A model generated the notes under the pieces. It had not been told where the DNA came from. It made no database searches and saw nothing but the letters and a program-made list of their open reading frames with translations. Shown here one piece after another: positions 1 through 13,245 of a DNA stretch of 64,000 nt. Position numbers and translations under genes: made by a program. The DNA comes from Eledone cirrhosa (Eukaryota), in contig OZ024742.1 in assembly GCA_964016885.1 (NCBI GenBank), forward strand, positions 268,584,001 to 268,648,000. Reading direction: 5' to 3'. Within the stretch, counting starts at the first letter, position 1; the number at the start of each line of letters is the position of its first letter.

Positions 1-122
1 TCTAAAATCACGCCAATCTACCTGTTGGAATATACACTTTTTATAAAACAGTAAGGATGAGTTTAGGTGTATAACCCATCGAAACATATGGACCTCTATA
101 TGTAATTGTTATAACTGATTTG

Positions 123-222
123 TGTATACACACACATACACACTCACACACACGCACACATACTCACGCACACATACATACACATACACACCTACACACC
201 TACACACAGACACACACACACG

Positions 223-287
<65 letters not shown>

Positions 288-298
288 TTATATATATA
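123..298. repeat. Compound (CA)n/(TA)n microsatellite
   Basis: Directly visible dinucleotide runs; ORF 122..313 is an artefact of them. Confidence 0.95.
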
Positions 299-599
299 AC
301 TGGAATTCTATAAGAATTCAGCTTATATAACACTCGGCAGAAGCGAATGTGTATGTAGACTTGATAACAATTTATGAGCGAGAAACGGGACCGTCGATTA
401 CTCCACTTTACTTTTGCCGAGACTAAGTAAATGACGCAGCCACTACTTTAAAATTCGTAACGAATGGTCTACAAAAGGTTTTTAAATAAAAATTCAGTAT
501 ATTATCAAATATGCTATAAGTACATCCATAGAAACTGGTTAACATTAATTTCGTTTAACCATAGTTGCTGTTATATACATTTCGATGATAACCGTTATC

Positions 600-1400
600 A
601 CATCACTTAATCATTCTACTTGGCTTTTTAATGTTTTGCAGACATTTGCCTATGTAAAATTGTAGCAACTTCGTTGCGGTTCTTGTTCTGGTGGGTCTTT
701 CTGTACGAGCCCCCTTCATTACGAGAATATACGTGCTACCGTTTCCTCTCTTCTAACACATATTCTGAACGAATGTCGTGTTAGCCATTCGTATTTTCTC
801 TTAGTTCCGAGGTCTTTACTTCTGATTGTTTGACCTTAATCGACTATTTTGAACACCCACTACCACCATCATTTATCTAAATATCTTCGTTTTAGCTGGA
901 ATAAATACCTTATCGATGCTCATCAGTATTTTGATACAGATTCTATGTAATTTGTTTCTTCTCGTCGGATTTTATACTAGTTATCTGGTCTATACCTAAT
1001 ACGTCCATCTATCTGTTTCTACTAGAAGCACCATGTCAGTATTTGCAACACACTTCTTCAAACTCTCCATCTTGACTTCCGCATAATCTTCTATAAGTAT
1101 CACTACTCACCCTCCCTTTTCTCTTTTGACCTTAGTCTACGTATGTAAGTCTCTGCATATTGTCATCGCCTTATACTTTACCTTTTTGTGTCTATCTCAT
1201 GATCTTCATTTTTCAATTTTATTATTTCCTAGCTATATCTCATCATGTATGCTGCTCTTGGGTTTCCTCTTTATACTTCATAATTACCTTCTCCCGATTT
1301 TCATTTGCTTATTCAACCTGTTATACAATCAATGTCAAATAGTTCCAGTTTGGTTTATTTATCCCGTCATTTTAATTGTATAGGACTCATTTCATCACAA
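600..1400 (-). mobile_element. Highly decayed RLE-type (R4/Dong-like) LINE fragment
   Basis: Minus strand near 715-790 reads RICVRREETVARIFS, resembling the CRICxxxEETVxHIxSxC zinc knuckle seen intact at 42364..43017. Boundaries approximate. Confidence 0.5.
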
Positions 1401-1509
1401 ACATTCCACATTTGAAAATAGCATACTCAATTTTCATGTTATTGCTAAGCATTCTCTATAACCTGATAAGCTACTGGAGTTCTCTCGCATATGATTTTAA
1501 CTTAACTAG

Positions 1510-1612
1510 GAATACCAAATACCGGTCAATTCCTGTAATGCAAAATTGGAAATGCAGAGTATTTGGAATTGCTTTAAACGTCTAAAATATTATAGAAATC
1601 TTTGTTAGCGTG
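1510..1612 (+). pseudogene. Candidate exon of unidentified decayed host gene
   Basis: ttaactag acceptor, gtaagt donor; reads EYQIPVNSCNAKLEMQSIWNCFKRLKYYRNLC*R (one stop); ends in phase 1. Confidence 0.4.
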
Positions 1613-1823
1613 GTAAGTTATCTGAATATTTGGTTGACGAATTTGGATATAGTGGAATTATGTTACCATATAAAACATTATTTTAAATAAATCAATTTGT
1701 GTTTAGATAAAAGAAAGGAGATTTTCAAATATATATATACGACACTGCATATACCTACATGATTGGAAATGACAAAATCTGTAACAAAACTTACAATGCT
1801 ATTAATGTGATGATACGAATAAT

Positions 1824-3061
1824 AGTTTCTTTATTGGCCACAGGGGCTAACATGAAGAAAAACATTACAGACGGCACAGAACGGTACAGGACGATACAAA
1901 GTGGATTTTGTCAGTGTAAAAAACGGTATAACAAGAAGATTGAAATCTAAAAAAAAATTCAAACAACAAACATTCCCCAATAGGGTGAAAGTTCCGAAAA
2001 CCAAACAAAAGAACACGGCCACCCTGACAACCAGGGCAAGCTCCATCTCTCAGTTTTCAAATCCTCAAACTCTACAGGCGCATACTCAGAGCGGACCCGT
2101 TCACTCGGACCAGACTCGCCACTTTCACCCACCTTTCCACAAACTTACTAGAAGACAGCACTTGCCTCTCCACCCTGATTTTCCTCTTCAAGTGAAATTT
2201 GAAGAAGTTAATTAGGGATTCGCCGAAGAGGAAAGTGTCCGTCTTCGATCCTTTCAACCTTGTCCACCATACAATCTCTTTCGCCATGGCCACCAGGCAG
2301 ATTAAAACTGCCTGCCCTACCCCTCATTAAAGGATGACGGCGGGGCTATCTGCACCATAGATTGAGTCGATAACCGGATCCGCCCTACCCGTGACATAGC
2401 TGCACAAGTCAGCTATGCTCGAACACTGAATGAGTGCGTGCACAACGGTTTAGTCGCTCTGTGCGCATCACGGACAAGTTCGGCTAACTGCACTTCCATC
2501 TATATTCCACCGATACTAGTGCCCAGCTGATAGAAGTCTGTGAGCGCTTGGAGACATTCCATCTCACAAGCGCTATCCATCGGTATTTTCCTGATGCAGG
2601 ACTGCAGCACCATTAATGAGACGAGCTGGGAAAAACAGTTGAGAAAAGTGCTGCTGAAAAGCCTCACACATCTGCTCGAGTTCGAGTAACACGTGCCCGT
2701 TTTGGTGAGGCAAGGATTGAATTGTGGCTTTGTTGCCACCTCACGACTAAACCACCCGAGCCCATTGGACACCTTTTGTTCAGTCTTGTTTCAGATCACG
2801 CGCTCTAACTCTGACAAGGCAGCCTTCGTGCTTTGCATTGAAGAATTGGTCGTGTGCCAATCTTGCCGCAAGCACGTCGGTTGCGCTGCTTTTCCTAAAC
2901 GCCTCTTCTAGCTTTCTAACTCGCTCTCATTTCAAATCTATTTTCCTCTATCTTTACTCATTTGCTAAACTTTATTGATTCTACTCTAATTGCCCTTTTC
3001 AGGGTAAACCACCACCTGTTGCTGACGATCGTACCCTTCAACGCACGCTTAACTAATTTAC
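1824..3061 (-). mobile_element. 5'-truncated, internally deleted Tx1-like LINE with 13-bp TSD
   Basis: ORF 2072..2293 (MAMAKEIVWWTRLKG...FFKFHLKRKIRVER) matches the ORF2 C-terminus of the copy ending near 42 kb; 3' end aataaagaaac; TSD tgatacgaataat at 1811-1823 and 3062-3074. Confidence 0.9.
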
Positions 3062-3228
3062 TGATACGAATAATGACAATAGTAAGAAGCAATCACAATT
3101 AAAATATCAAATTATTAACATTTGATTATATATAAATATATAAGAGTGTGTAAGTCAACAGGTTAAAATTAATTTCGTTTATTCATAGTCTCTGCTATAT
3201 ATATTTCGATGATAATCATTATGCAACA

Positions 3229-3780
3229 GCTTCTTCTTCTTCTTCTTCTTCTTCTTCTTCTTCTTCTTCTTCTTCTTCTTCTTCTTCTTCTTCTTCTTGA
3301 GAGGAACGTGTGAGGTGAGTCCTCAAACACTCCTTCCAGCGGGTCCGGTCAGAAGCGACCGTCTGGATCATCAAGCGAGACCAGTCTTGCCCATCGATGC
3401 TATCGAACTAATTTGCTCGGGATCCTCACCGGGGCCTGCTGCCGGTTGGTTTTTTCAAATAATCTTACCAGCGATTCTTACCCAAATCATTCTAACCAAT
3501 GACCGTAATGTCGATGGTGTGCTCTATCAATTCTGCGAAGTAGCGGCTTTACTTGTAGTGACTCTCTGATCTCCAAACTAGACACTCTATCGCTTTACAT
3601 TACTCCCAAAATCCTTCAGAGGAACCCCATTTCGACTGCTTATATTATCGATCGTATTGTTTCCGTCATTCTGCAAGTTTCATGACCATAGCTAAGAATC
3701 AGCACCAATATTGAACTGTGGATAGCTCGACTGGCTTTTACACCTACTTCCATCTGATGATGACCGATGCCTGATGCTGT
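3229..3780 (-). mobile_element. RTE-clade LINE 3' fragment with (GAA)n tail
   Basis: Minus strand reads LSYGHETCRMTETIRS..AVEMGFL*RILGV..DRVSSLEIRESLQVKPLLRRI, typical of the RTE C-terminus; (CTT)n at 3229-3297 is its tail. Confidence 0.8.
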
Positions 3781-3781
3781 T

Positions 3782-3961
<180 letters not shown>

Positions 3962-4105
3962 GGAACAAGAAGTGCAGTGGGAACAAGAAGAAAGCAGGAA
4001 CGGAGGTGGGTAGTTTTTCTCATCATTTGTCTATAGGACCCTCGGATATTTCTACGCTTAAAGACAAGATATCTCACCCCATGGCGTCAATAACTGTATA
4101 ACGTA

Positions 4106-5022
4106 CTAGCAGTAAAGCCCGGCGTTGCTCGGGGTCGCTCAGTAGCTGTGTTAAAGTTACAGTGTTAAGTTTCTTTTTTGGCTTAAAAACTGTAGTGTCT
4201 ACTGTGCAGACTTGCATGTGGTGTTTTTGATTAATATTCCCTCAACCAACAATATGCCTTATGAAGTTAAAAAAACATAACGATAACCCGAATAATAATA
4301 ATAATAATAATGAAATTATTGTGTACAGTGCTCAGGTGCACTACAACTCGAATGTTATAACAAAAGAGGATGCTGGGGATAAAAACTGCACTGGTTATTT
4401 ATTAACAAAGATCGAAAATGTAAACACTGCAACGAAGATAAAAACATTAGCGTAACCAAATTATCAGTTATGTCTGTCTGCCCGCCTATATCACCTCTCT
4501 GCACGACTGTCTGTCTGCACGCCTATATCACCTCTCTGCACGACTGTCTGTCTGCACGCCTATATCACCTCTCTGCACGACTGTCTGTCTGCACGACTGT
4601 CTGTCTGCACGCCTAACGACGAAATATTTGCTTGTTTTACGTAGTCTTTAAATAGACTTGTTTTCAAGTAAAAATATTGTTTTAAAATGCTTTTAAATGG
4701 AAATGAAGCAAAACGGAAGCTTAGTGTTCGTGTGTTAATGTCATTTTAAACGCTGAGAAAGCCAGCGTAATTTTTTTATGTAAGGCGCTCAATGTAAACA
4801 GAACAAAGGGAAATAACTGATAACTTACGCTCAAAAATCGATACATTATATTCGATTTCGTCACATAGGGTGGGTCAATTTGAAATATTTTTTTCCGATG
4901 TCTTCGCTAGGGCTCAATGTACAAGTATAGCAATTTCGGTGCAATTCGGTGAGAGATTCTAAGAGGAGATGTGTGCCAAAAATCGATAGACAGACAGACA
5001 ACCACAGTTTTATATATAGAGA
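4106..5022 (-). mobile_element. Non-autonomous Helitron
   Basis: Minus strand starts TCTCTATATATAAAACTG, has (CTGT)n, ends with a GC-rich hairpin then CTAG; sits between A and T with no TSD; removing it restores the host repeat. Confidence 0.85.
4471..4614. repeat. 37-bp minisatellite (~3.5 copies) inside Helitron
   Basis: Unit tgtctgtctgcacgcctatatcacctctctgcacgac starting at 4471, 4508, 4545. Confidence 0.9.
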
Positions 5023-5906
5023 TTGGGAAAATGGAGGAGGGAGGGAAAGAAAGCAAAAGGGAAGAAAAGAGAAAAACAGTGAAAAGGCAGCGAAAAAAAC
5101 AACAAACCAAGCAATGTGCGAGCAACTTAAGGTAAGGAAATCCAAGACCACTCGATAAGAGAACTTAAGTTCAAGAATAAGAAGAAACCAAGAACGGGAG
5201 TGTGTGTGCGGGGGGGGGGGGGGCGGTGTTACCTAAAGCGTAGAAATATCCGAGACCTCCAGTAGACAATTGATGTGGAAGCCCCCCTCCCGTTCTTGCT
5301 TTCTTCTTATTCCCACTCCATTTTAATTTATCTTAAATAGCAACTACACAGCCATTTCTATTCTCCATATATTTCATCATGTTTTTCGCTGTGACCATTC
5401 TTCTCTCCCCATCTACCTACCTATTTCGCCACTTTCTACTCTCACCCATCTTTCTTCACTCCCCTGCTCCCTCTCACTTTCACCCCCTTGCCTGACCGTC
5501 TAGCAGTTCTCTTCTCACTTACAACTGCGACGACTGGACGTGTGTCTCTTTCCTCCCGACCACTCAGTCTTGAACTTAAGTTCTCTTATCGAGTGGTCTT
5601 GGATTTCCTACCCATAGTTGCTCGAACATTGCTCGGTTTGTTTGTTTTTTCCGCTGTTTTTTCACTCTTTTCTATTTTCTTCCCTTTTGCTTTCCTTCCC
5701 TCCCACCTCCGTTTCCCAATAACTTATCGAGTTATTGACGCCCTGGTGTGAAGTGGTATATTATCTTTAAAGCGTAGAAATATCCGAGACCCCCAGTAGA
5801 CAACTGATGAGGAAAACTCCTACCACCCCCGTTCTTGCTTTCTTCTTATACCCACTGCATTTTAAGATAACTTAAATAGCAACTACATAGCCATTTTTAT
5901 ATATAT

Positions 5907-5908
<2 letters not shown>

Positions 5909-5997
<89 letters not shown>

Positions 5998-6060
5998 TGT
6001 GTGCGCGCGCGCGCGTGTGTGTATGTGTGAATGTGTGTGGGTGTGTGTGTATGTGTGTGT
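5909..6060. repeat. (GT)n microsatellite
   Basis: Directly visible. Confidence 0.95.
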
Positions 6061-6099
6061 GATTGACGCTTTGGGAAACTAAAAAAAATACTTTACCAA

Positions 6100-8760
6100 G
6101 TTACATGCAGCTTCGTCTTGGCAGAAGAAACCTGGTCGCTTCTGTTCATTACTTCGTTTATTAAACTGCCACCCTTGGTTAAAACTAGCTAAAGTGTATC
6201 ACTTCAAGTTTTTTTTTTATCGTTCAGCGTGATGGCGGTTGCTGGATTCTGGCAATAAACCAGAGACTTGCTGTTTTCTGATCTGATCTTCATTTTGTAA
6301 GACTCTGACACAATTCCCATCTTCTGCTGATACCATGGAGTTCAGCTTCACTGATTTCCAGCGGGTCTATATCGTCAGGAAAGTGCAGGTTGATAAGACG
6401 CCTTCCCCCATTATTAATGGAGGAGCGGAATTATCGGAGACTCACTTGTATGATATTTTCTATAAGGATGTTGAAGAATATTGGAGAAAGTTTACATCAC
6501 AGTTGAACTCTAACGATTATCTTGAAGAATTCATAAGAACTGTATTATTTTCCTGTTATTATCTTGATGAGTGTGTTGTGGGTGTTATAACCCCTCGTCA
6601 GATGCAAGGTACCTTCGTGACAAACAGGTTAGAAGTCGAAGGTTTTATAGTAGAGTTCTGATTAGTATTGAAGATGTTTTGTCGTTAGCCATCTCATGAT
6701 AAATGTTTGCTCTGATTCATTCCGAGTTTGTCGTAATTGTTTTCTTACTACTGTAAGGAATTTCTCTGGCTTTCTTTTGTGTATGTTTAGAAAAACTCAT
6801 TACAGTACTATAGAGTGATGTTTGATTGAACTGACGGTTCTTTAATTCTGCCAGACATTTATTGTGCTTTTCCTGGGAATGGACATGGTCAGGTTTTGTG
6901 TGCATGTTTCTGTCAATTTCATTCACCATATATTCTGACAGGTAACTCTCAGAAATTTGCTATGATACTTGCACTCAATGTTTTAGTACGTCTGTTGGTG
7001 TGTATATGCACGAGCCCCTTTTGAATCATTGTGTTTGAACACTGAATTTTCGATTTCCTCTTGGAGATGTGGATAATTCCTATGTACTCTATTAATCATG
7101 GTGGAATTATCGAACATACGGAATATACGGAATATACAAGGGATATATTACACATGCCTGAAATCAGATAGACGGGATTGGGAAAGCAAGTACAGACGAA
7201 GTTCAAACATTCTGGTGCTGTGGAGATGACACTTAATATAACCTGGGGTGAAGTTTATCGAGTTAGCTTAATCCTCACCAGTACCAGTCTATCTTGCAGG
7301 CTTATCCCCATACGTCTGGATCCAAGACCACACACATTTTCCATCATACAGATATATATTTCAACATATGAATATGGCGATGATGCCATCAATGTGTCGT
7401 ATCGGAACATGGTTCAGGGCTCAGGGCAGCTAATATAAAATAAATAAAAGAAAGAATCATGCAACCCCATCGTTTTATGAGATTAAAGGTTAAAATATGT
7501 CGCTTTTTACGTGTACTATGAGAACATTTGGAATCGGAGGAACCAATGAACATCATGGATACCGACTCTCGGAATGTGATAGCAACAGCAAGTTGACCGT
7601 TACCAACACAATGTTTTGACACAGAATGTCCTTTCAAACAACATGAGAGAAATCATTATCAAGTTTTCAATATTGATCATGCTTTAGTATTAATAATAGA
7701 GAGGTTTTATTTCTGTCATTAAACCTAATATGGAAATTTTGCAACAAAGTTGAAGTCAGCGTGGATAACAGGTTTCTTATAAACATACTACATGGATATG
7801 ACAATTTCCTGGCTGACCATGTCAATGAAGCACATCCAGGTCACAACATTGGGGTAGTAAACAAGTAAGAAAACAAACGTAGATTACCAATGACATACAG
7901 TGTCTATGTGATTCCAGACGGAATCTGTAACACAACATCAATTAGTCTAGTGACATGGTAGCAATGAAACAATGTGTATAATACGGTCAGAAATAAAATG
8001 ATGGGAGTGCAAACACTTGGGAGCTGGAATAGAATGAATAAGACTGCTGCTTATTAATCTCTTACAATGTTAACAGAAAGAAAACATCACATCACCATTG
8101 CCATTGACGTGAAAATGGGCTCACTACTCAAAATAAGATTACTGTTATCAAACATTGGTTTCACTATATCGAATACAATGTCGAATGCTATATGGAAAAG
8201 AAAATGACACTTTCTCAATAGTCGTGTAATTATCCAAATAAAAGTATGTTAGGGTTGTATATATGCCAATAACAACCATGATCTAAGGAGAACAAATCCT
8301 TACACACGAACATACGGAATATACACCGGATATATTACACATTTTCGCAGTTGCAGTTTAGTTTCATCGTACCTCCAGAATGTCGGTGTAGAGCGTGGTC
8401 ATTGGTTTTCAAGACTTGATCTATCCAACATGTTTAATTATGATTGTTTCTCCGACAGAACATTTTATTGGCAATATAAATACTTGGTGGTAACTATCTT
8501 TATTTCAAGCACCGAATACCGCACTAAGTTTGCCTGTCGACAGAAAAACTTTACTGTCGGGGAAAACATCAGAGAGACAGATTCATTCTGTCCATCTCTA
8601 ACGATGATGTTGTGAAACATGAAGGTGATCTCTCAACCAAACGTGTCTTCTATTTTCCCCCGCTTCGGTTCAAGCACTTGAATCCCTATTGCATAAGCTA
8701 GAATTCGTGTTGAGAGGCAGGAGGCTTGAACTATGATAGACATATACCGTGCCGGGTTAT
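6100..8760 (-). mobile_element. Very decayed Penelope-like RT relic with internal insertion
   Basis: Minus-strand remnants TTLYTDI (~8390; cf. PLE sLYTnIP) and IFRMFDN (~7115; cf. YFRYxDD). Weak; boundaries approximate. Confidence 0.4.
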
Positions 8761-9169
8761 AAGAATGACGCTGCCAATTTATGAAAATGACGGAACTTCA
8801 TGTGATTGACTTCATTCTTGAAAAATTGAATCGGTGACAGGAGGCTAAATGAAGTGGAGATACTGAAAATATTGATTATTAGACGTGTGCTTGCAAATGC
8901 TGTAAGGGCATTTATAAAGCAAATAACATTATACCGTGTATAGTAAATACACAGTTTCTGGGTTTTATTATTAGATAATTTAAGTGTATAGAAAAGTCAT
9001 ATGCATACTACTGATTGAAAACAACTGTAGTAATGAACAGAGAATGCACATACATTTTAGAGACAAATTGAAATATTTAGGGTAAAATATGGGCATACAA
9101 ATATATTTAGAGCAAGAAAAACATAAATATTATATTTTCCCATAGGAAAGATCCATATTCGTAAAAAAA

Positions 9170-9201
<32 letters not shown>

Positions 9202-9399
9202 CAACTTATCCCTTCCCCTCTCCTACCCCCAACTGCTACTCAACTTAAAGTACAAACCGCTAATACTCCCAACAGCTACACCCTCCCCAAGATACAAAAA
9301 CCGATAATTCCGGCCGCTCTATCGTTTCAGGGTTTAACTGCCCTATCGAAATTGTCTCCCAATAACGTGACACCCTCTTCGCCCCTATAGTAACCGACA

Positions 9400-10550
9400 T
9401 CCATGACACTAACCATGCCTTTCGACTGTTTGACTCGTCCTTATCTTTACTATATATGCATCAACTCTCTTCACAGTGTGACTCTCTCTGCGCTCTCCGA
9501 TTTCTTTTTTAGATTTACGCTTTACCCCTTTTCCTTTTTTCGGGAGAGTTTTACCAACAGGTCTCTTGGTTAGCCTTACGTACATGTATGGGCCCTACTT
9601 GTTCGTTGGCTACGTTGAGAACATAATCTTCACTCAGTACGCTGGACCCCATATAGGTCGTTACATCGACGATCGTATCGGCATCACCTCTCTCATTTCT
9701 TTATTTACTCCAGTCATTTCAACCTGCCCTTAAATTCACCACCACTCCCTCAACATTTTCTGTCCGATTTCATGCCATCTCTCTGTCTGTTGACCACACT
9801 CACTACACACTCTCTACCTTGACTTCAACTCTTCTCATTCCACTCACACCAACCATTTTATGCCCTACTCCCAAATCCTCCGTCTTCGTCAGATTTGTAG
9901 CTAGAACAACGATTTTGAGACGTAGTCCCTTCACATGGCCTCCCACATCATCCTGTATGCATACTCCCCAGTCTGATCCAAGCTGCCATCCCCTGCATTC
10001 GTGAAACCGACCGTATCACAGCCGGCTGAGACATGGTCACCCTCCCAACACTCATCATCATTTCCTCCCTCGCCTACCTCCTCATCAAACTACTTCGTTT
10101 GCACCCCTTCCCTCTGACTCGTCACATCTCACCTTTATTCAAATCCACCTATCAACCCCTTTATGTGCGACCGTAATCTCCTGGACCTGCTGCCTTCCCT
10201 CAAACATTTGTTCCTTCATTTCTAATCTCACCGCTCTCACATGTACCAATGGTTAATTCCGTATCCATCCACGTATTATAGGCCTTCGGATGTTCCATTT
10301 GCAGGCCTTTTATTTATCGGATAAACAGGGTGCAGTTTGGAGGACCGTTTTGCTGAACATTTGATATATGACTCGGTATTGATAACACGTCCCTCATCGT
10401 TTTAGTACCCCTGGCCACTCTTTCCAAGATGTCTCAATTGTTGGTGTATGTTTACAGCATGGATCACAAGCTTCACACAGCAAGACTGACCAGAGTCTGA
10501 TTTACCGCCTTGGAATTAGTTTCTCAATACAGTCAACTCCCCACCCCAAT
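9400..10550 (+). mobile_element. Decayed Penelope-like element (RT + GIY-YIG)
   Basis: Fragments MGP..LFVGYVE, RYIDD (~9659), QILRLRQICS (~9873), FIG*TGCSLEDRFAEH (~10315) in PLE order, frameshifted. Confidence 0.8.
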
Positions 10551-10710
10551 TTCTCACACATATATGGTCGTGCTTACTTTTCTACCATTTGCTACTGTCA
10601 CCTTTATTACAACGGAATGCCTTCAAAATGTTTTTAAATAAACTTACATTATATATATACAGTATATATATATATATATATACATATATATATACATATA
10701 TATATATATA

Positions 10711-11520
10711 ATTGGAAATCAGTAAAATCGAATCTCTGGCGGTTTGCAAGTAATTCGGCCTGCTTATATGAAGTGATGGGTTAGCAAAGCACTCGATAAG
10801 AGAGGTCTCAGAGTTATAACATACGTTTAAATAGCTTGACAAATCGGACATTGTGGTAGGCTAAAATAACACACAATACATACCAAAGCAATGAAAAAAC
10901 TAATCAGGTTGAGAAAAATAGACCTGGACAAATCAGACGAGCGTTTGAAATGTTTCTCTGACTCCGAAATCAAATATCAGACTTACTTGAGTGGCAAGTT
11001 CATGGTATTGGTGAGTGAACAGAGGAATCAGTTTATCAACAGGTTTTCGTTCTGGTTAGGATCAGGAGTGATACAATATGTTGCTGCTCTTATGGCTGCT
11101 AATCGTATCTATATTTATCACGTGTTAATTCCGGCAAGGGAAGTAACCCCTGGTTTTTGGCGGGTCATTCAAATGCTAGCAAATGGGAATATTTTAATTT
11201 CCGCTAATCATCATGATAAGCTCTCGACTAGATGTTATAAAACTAACACAAATAATTAACCAATCAACAGAATTTTCCAATTAAATTAATTGGTTAATTA
11301 TTAAATCTAGGAGATTAATATAATTGGAAATCAGTAAAATCGAATCTCTGGCGGTTTGCAAGTAATTCGGCCTACTTATATGAAGTGATGGGTTAGCAAA
11401 GCACTCGATAAGAGAGGTCTCAGAGTTATAACATACGTTTAAATAGCTTGACAAATCGGACATTGTGGTAGGCTAAACTAACACACAATACATACCAAAG
11501 CAACGAAAGAACTAATCAGG

Positions 11521-11522
<2 letters not shown>
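10711..11522. repeat. 612-bp-period partial tandem repeat between (TA)n tracts
   Basis: ~200 bp starting attggaaatcagtaaaatcg at 10711 recurs nearly identically at 11323. Confidence 0.9.
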
Positions 11523-11596
<74 letters not shown>

Positions 11597-11635
11597 GGAG
11601 AGAGAGAGAGAGTAAGAGAGAGAGAGAGAGAGAGT
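11523..11635. repeat. (TA)n/(GA)n microsatellite
   Basis: Directly visible. Confidence 0.95.
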
Positions 11636-12347
11636 CAGAAAGGGATAGCGTGCAGATGAGGAGTTGAGAAAAGCGGGAATGGGTGTGATGGAGCAAAATA
11701 TTTATGGAGATTTGAGAAAGATAAAACAAAATGGTGGAGGAATGATGGGGGATTTTGCGGCTTCCTTCTAGATCGACATTGCTTTTCGCAGGTAAAGAAG
11801 TACCATATATATTTTGGTAGCTCCAAAGCTTATTATTTTTTCTAAAAAATAGCTATAACGTACTTTTAGATAAATTAGGTTTAAAATATTCCGCTGTGGA
11901 TAGCCAGAAAGTGTTCATAAATGTTTTCAAAGAGTAGCATCAAAAACAATAATAAGATATATGTTGCAGAATAGTTGCAATTTTAATATAGGTTACGTTT
12001 CCGAAGCAATTGAATCTAAAGACGAGGGAACGTACAACATAGCCTCGGAAACGGAAACTTTTTTTACAAAATGACGCTGTCTGATGAGATTGAGAGACCG
12101 ATTACCTGATTGAACAAGCACGAAGTCACGATCGTCATTAAAAATATGTACCACAACTTTGTTAATAAAAGCCTCTTTAACACTTACACCGAATTACACC
12201 GAAATCTGCATTTTCCTTATTCTACATACATTCTGTCCCTGACTAATAAATCGTATTTCGTAGACAAATCACAACGTCGTGCGCTTGAATCGATGTGCAT
12301 TATCATCTACTGAATGTTTATCTTAAGAATATATATATATATATGTA

Positions 12348-12409
<62 letters not shown>

Positions 12410-12742
12410 AACTGAATTTGGGCAATTCTCTGCGGATTTTCCTACTTTGATTTTATATTCATGAAGTAGCTAGGATATAAGAATTTACTCCTCCCCCTCC
12501 TCCTCCTGCTAATACTACTTTTTTGTAAGTTATTATTTTCAGAAATACTTTCCATCGTATGAAGACATATAGTCTGCCAAGTTTTCAAATAACAAAAATC
12601 TATAATATGTATACAAAGAATGAGCGGTAAAAAACAAATGAAATATATGAAATGCAGCAAGAAAATATGTATATGTTCTCTATATATGGCAAAAGCTATA
12701 TTGTACAGATCAATAGTCAGTGATCTTTCATATATTTTGCAG

Positions 12743-12817
12743 CAAATGTCAGAATTTATACTAGGAGTTGGCTGGATTTTAGATGAAGCCCAAATTAATA
12801 TCATAATGTCGATATGA
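12743..12817 (+). pseudogene. Candidate decayed exon
   Basis: ttttgcag acceptor, gtatgc donor; 75 nt, phase 1 to 1; ANVRIYTRSWLDFR*SPN*YHNVDM. Confidence 0.3.
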
Positions 12818-13167
12818 GTATGCGTATGTTTAACATAACAATTAAAAATATATTGAACAAGTCATGTATAAAACTGTCTTATGATTCTCTCAATATGAAC
12901 AACGGGTGGTACAACTCGGGGATATATAGTTATCTATCAGATGTAAAAATAAAGACAAATCTTTACCGTCCGTTCAAATAGATATATCAGTAAAGGACTG
13001 AAATTACACCAGCTCTTCAAATATTACACATAGCGGAATTGAAGGAAGTTGTTTCGGAATATCATTTTAAATATGTAGGTTGTAGAAAATGTTAAATGTT
13101 TGGATGTCAAACAGGACTATGATATGACTGTGTAATTGTATTTTTGTGTTTATTTAATTGACTATTG

Positions 13168-13244
<77 letters not shown>

Positions 13245-13245
<1 letters not shown>

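Larger units (their letters stand above)
3961..5900. repeat. Inverted plus tandem non-coding repeat (PLE pseudo-LTR-like arrangement)
   Basis: 3961-4105 joined to 5023-5170 is the reverse complement of ~5565-5870; 5235-5365 is directly repeated at 5768-5900; flanked by microsatellites. PLE origin is inference. Confidence 0.6.

Noticed and set aside
333-423. Imperfect inverted repeat ctcggcagaag/cttttgccgag
   Set aside because: Short, single copy here, and the interior pairs poorly; cannot be called a miRNA or MITE.
543-3225. ~55-bp diverged direct repeat at ~543 and ~3168
   Set aside because: Real, but too short and diverged to assign as LTRs or a TSD.
4471-4614. CRISPR-like 37-bp repeats
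   Set aside because: Head-to-tail minisatellite without spacers in eukaryotic DNA.
5770-5825. GAAA...CTGATGA as a type II hammerhead
   Set aside because: Stem I and stem II do not pair around the motifs.
12068-12140. CTGATGA...GAAG with aatgacg/cgtcatt pairing
   Set aside because: GAAG instead of GAAA, and the helix is not adjacent to the core.
12442-12804. 120-aa minus-strand ORF with a vague dynein-like look
   Set aside because: No diagnostic motif or convincing splice sites; it overlaps a + strand exon candidate.
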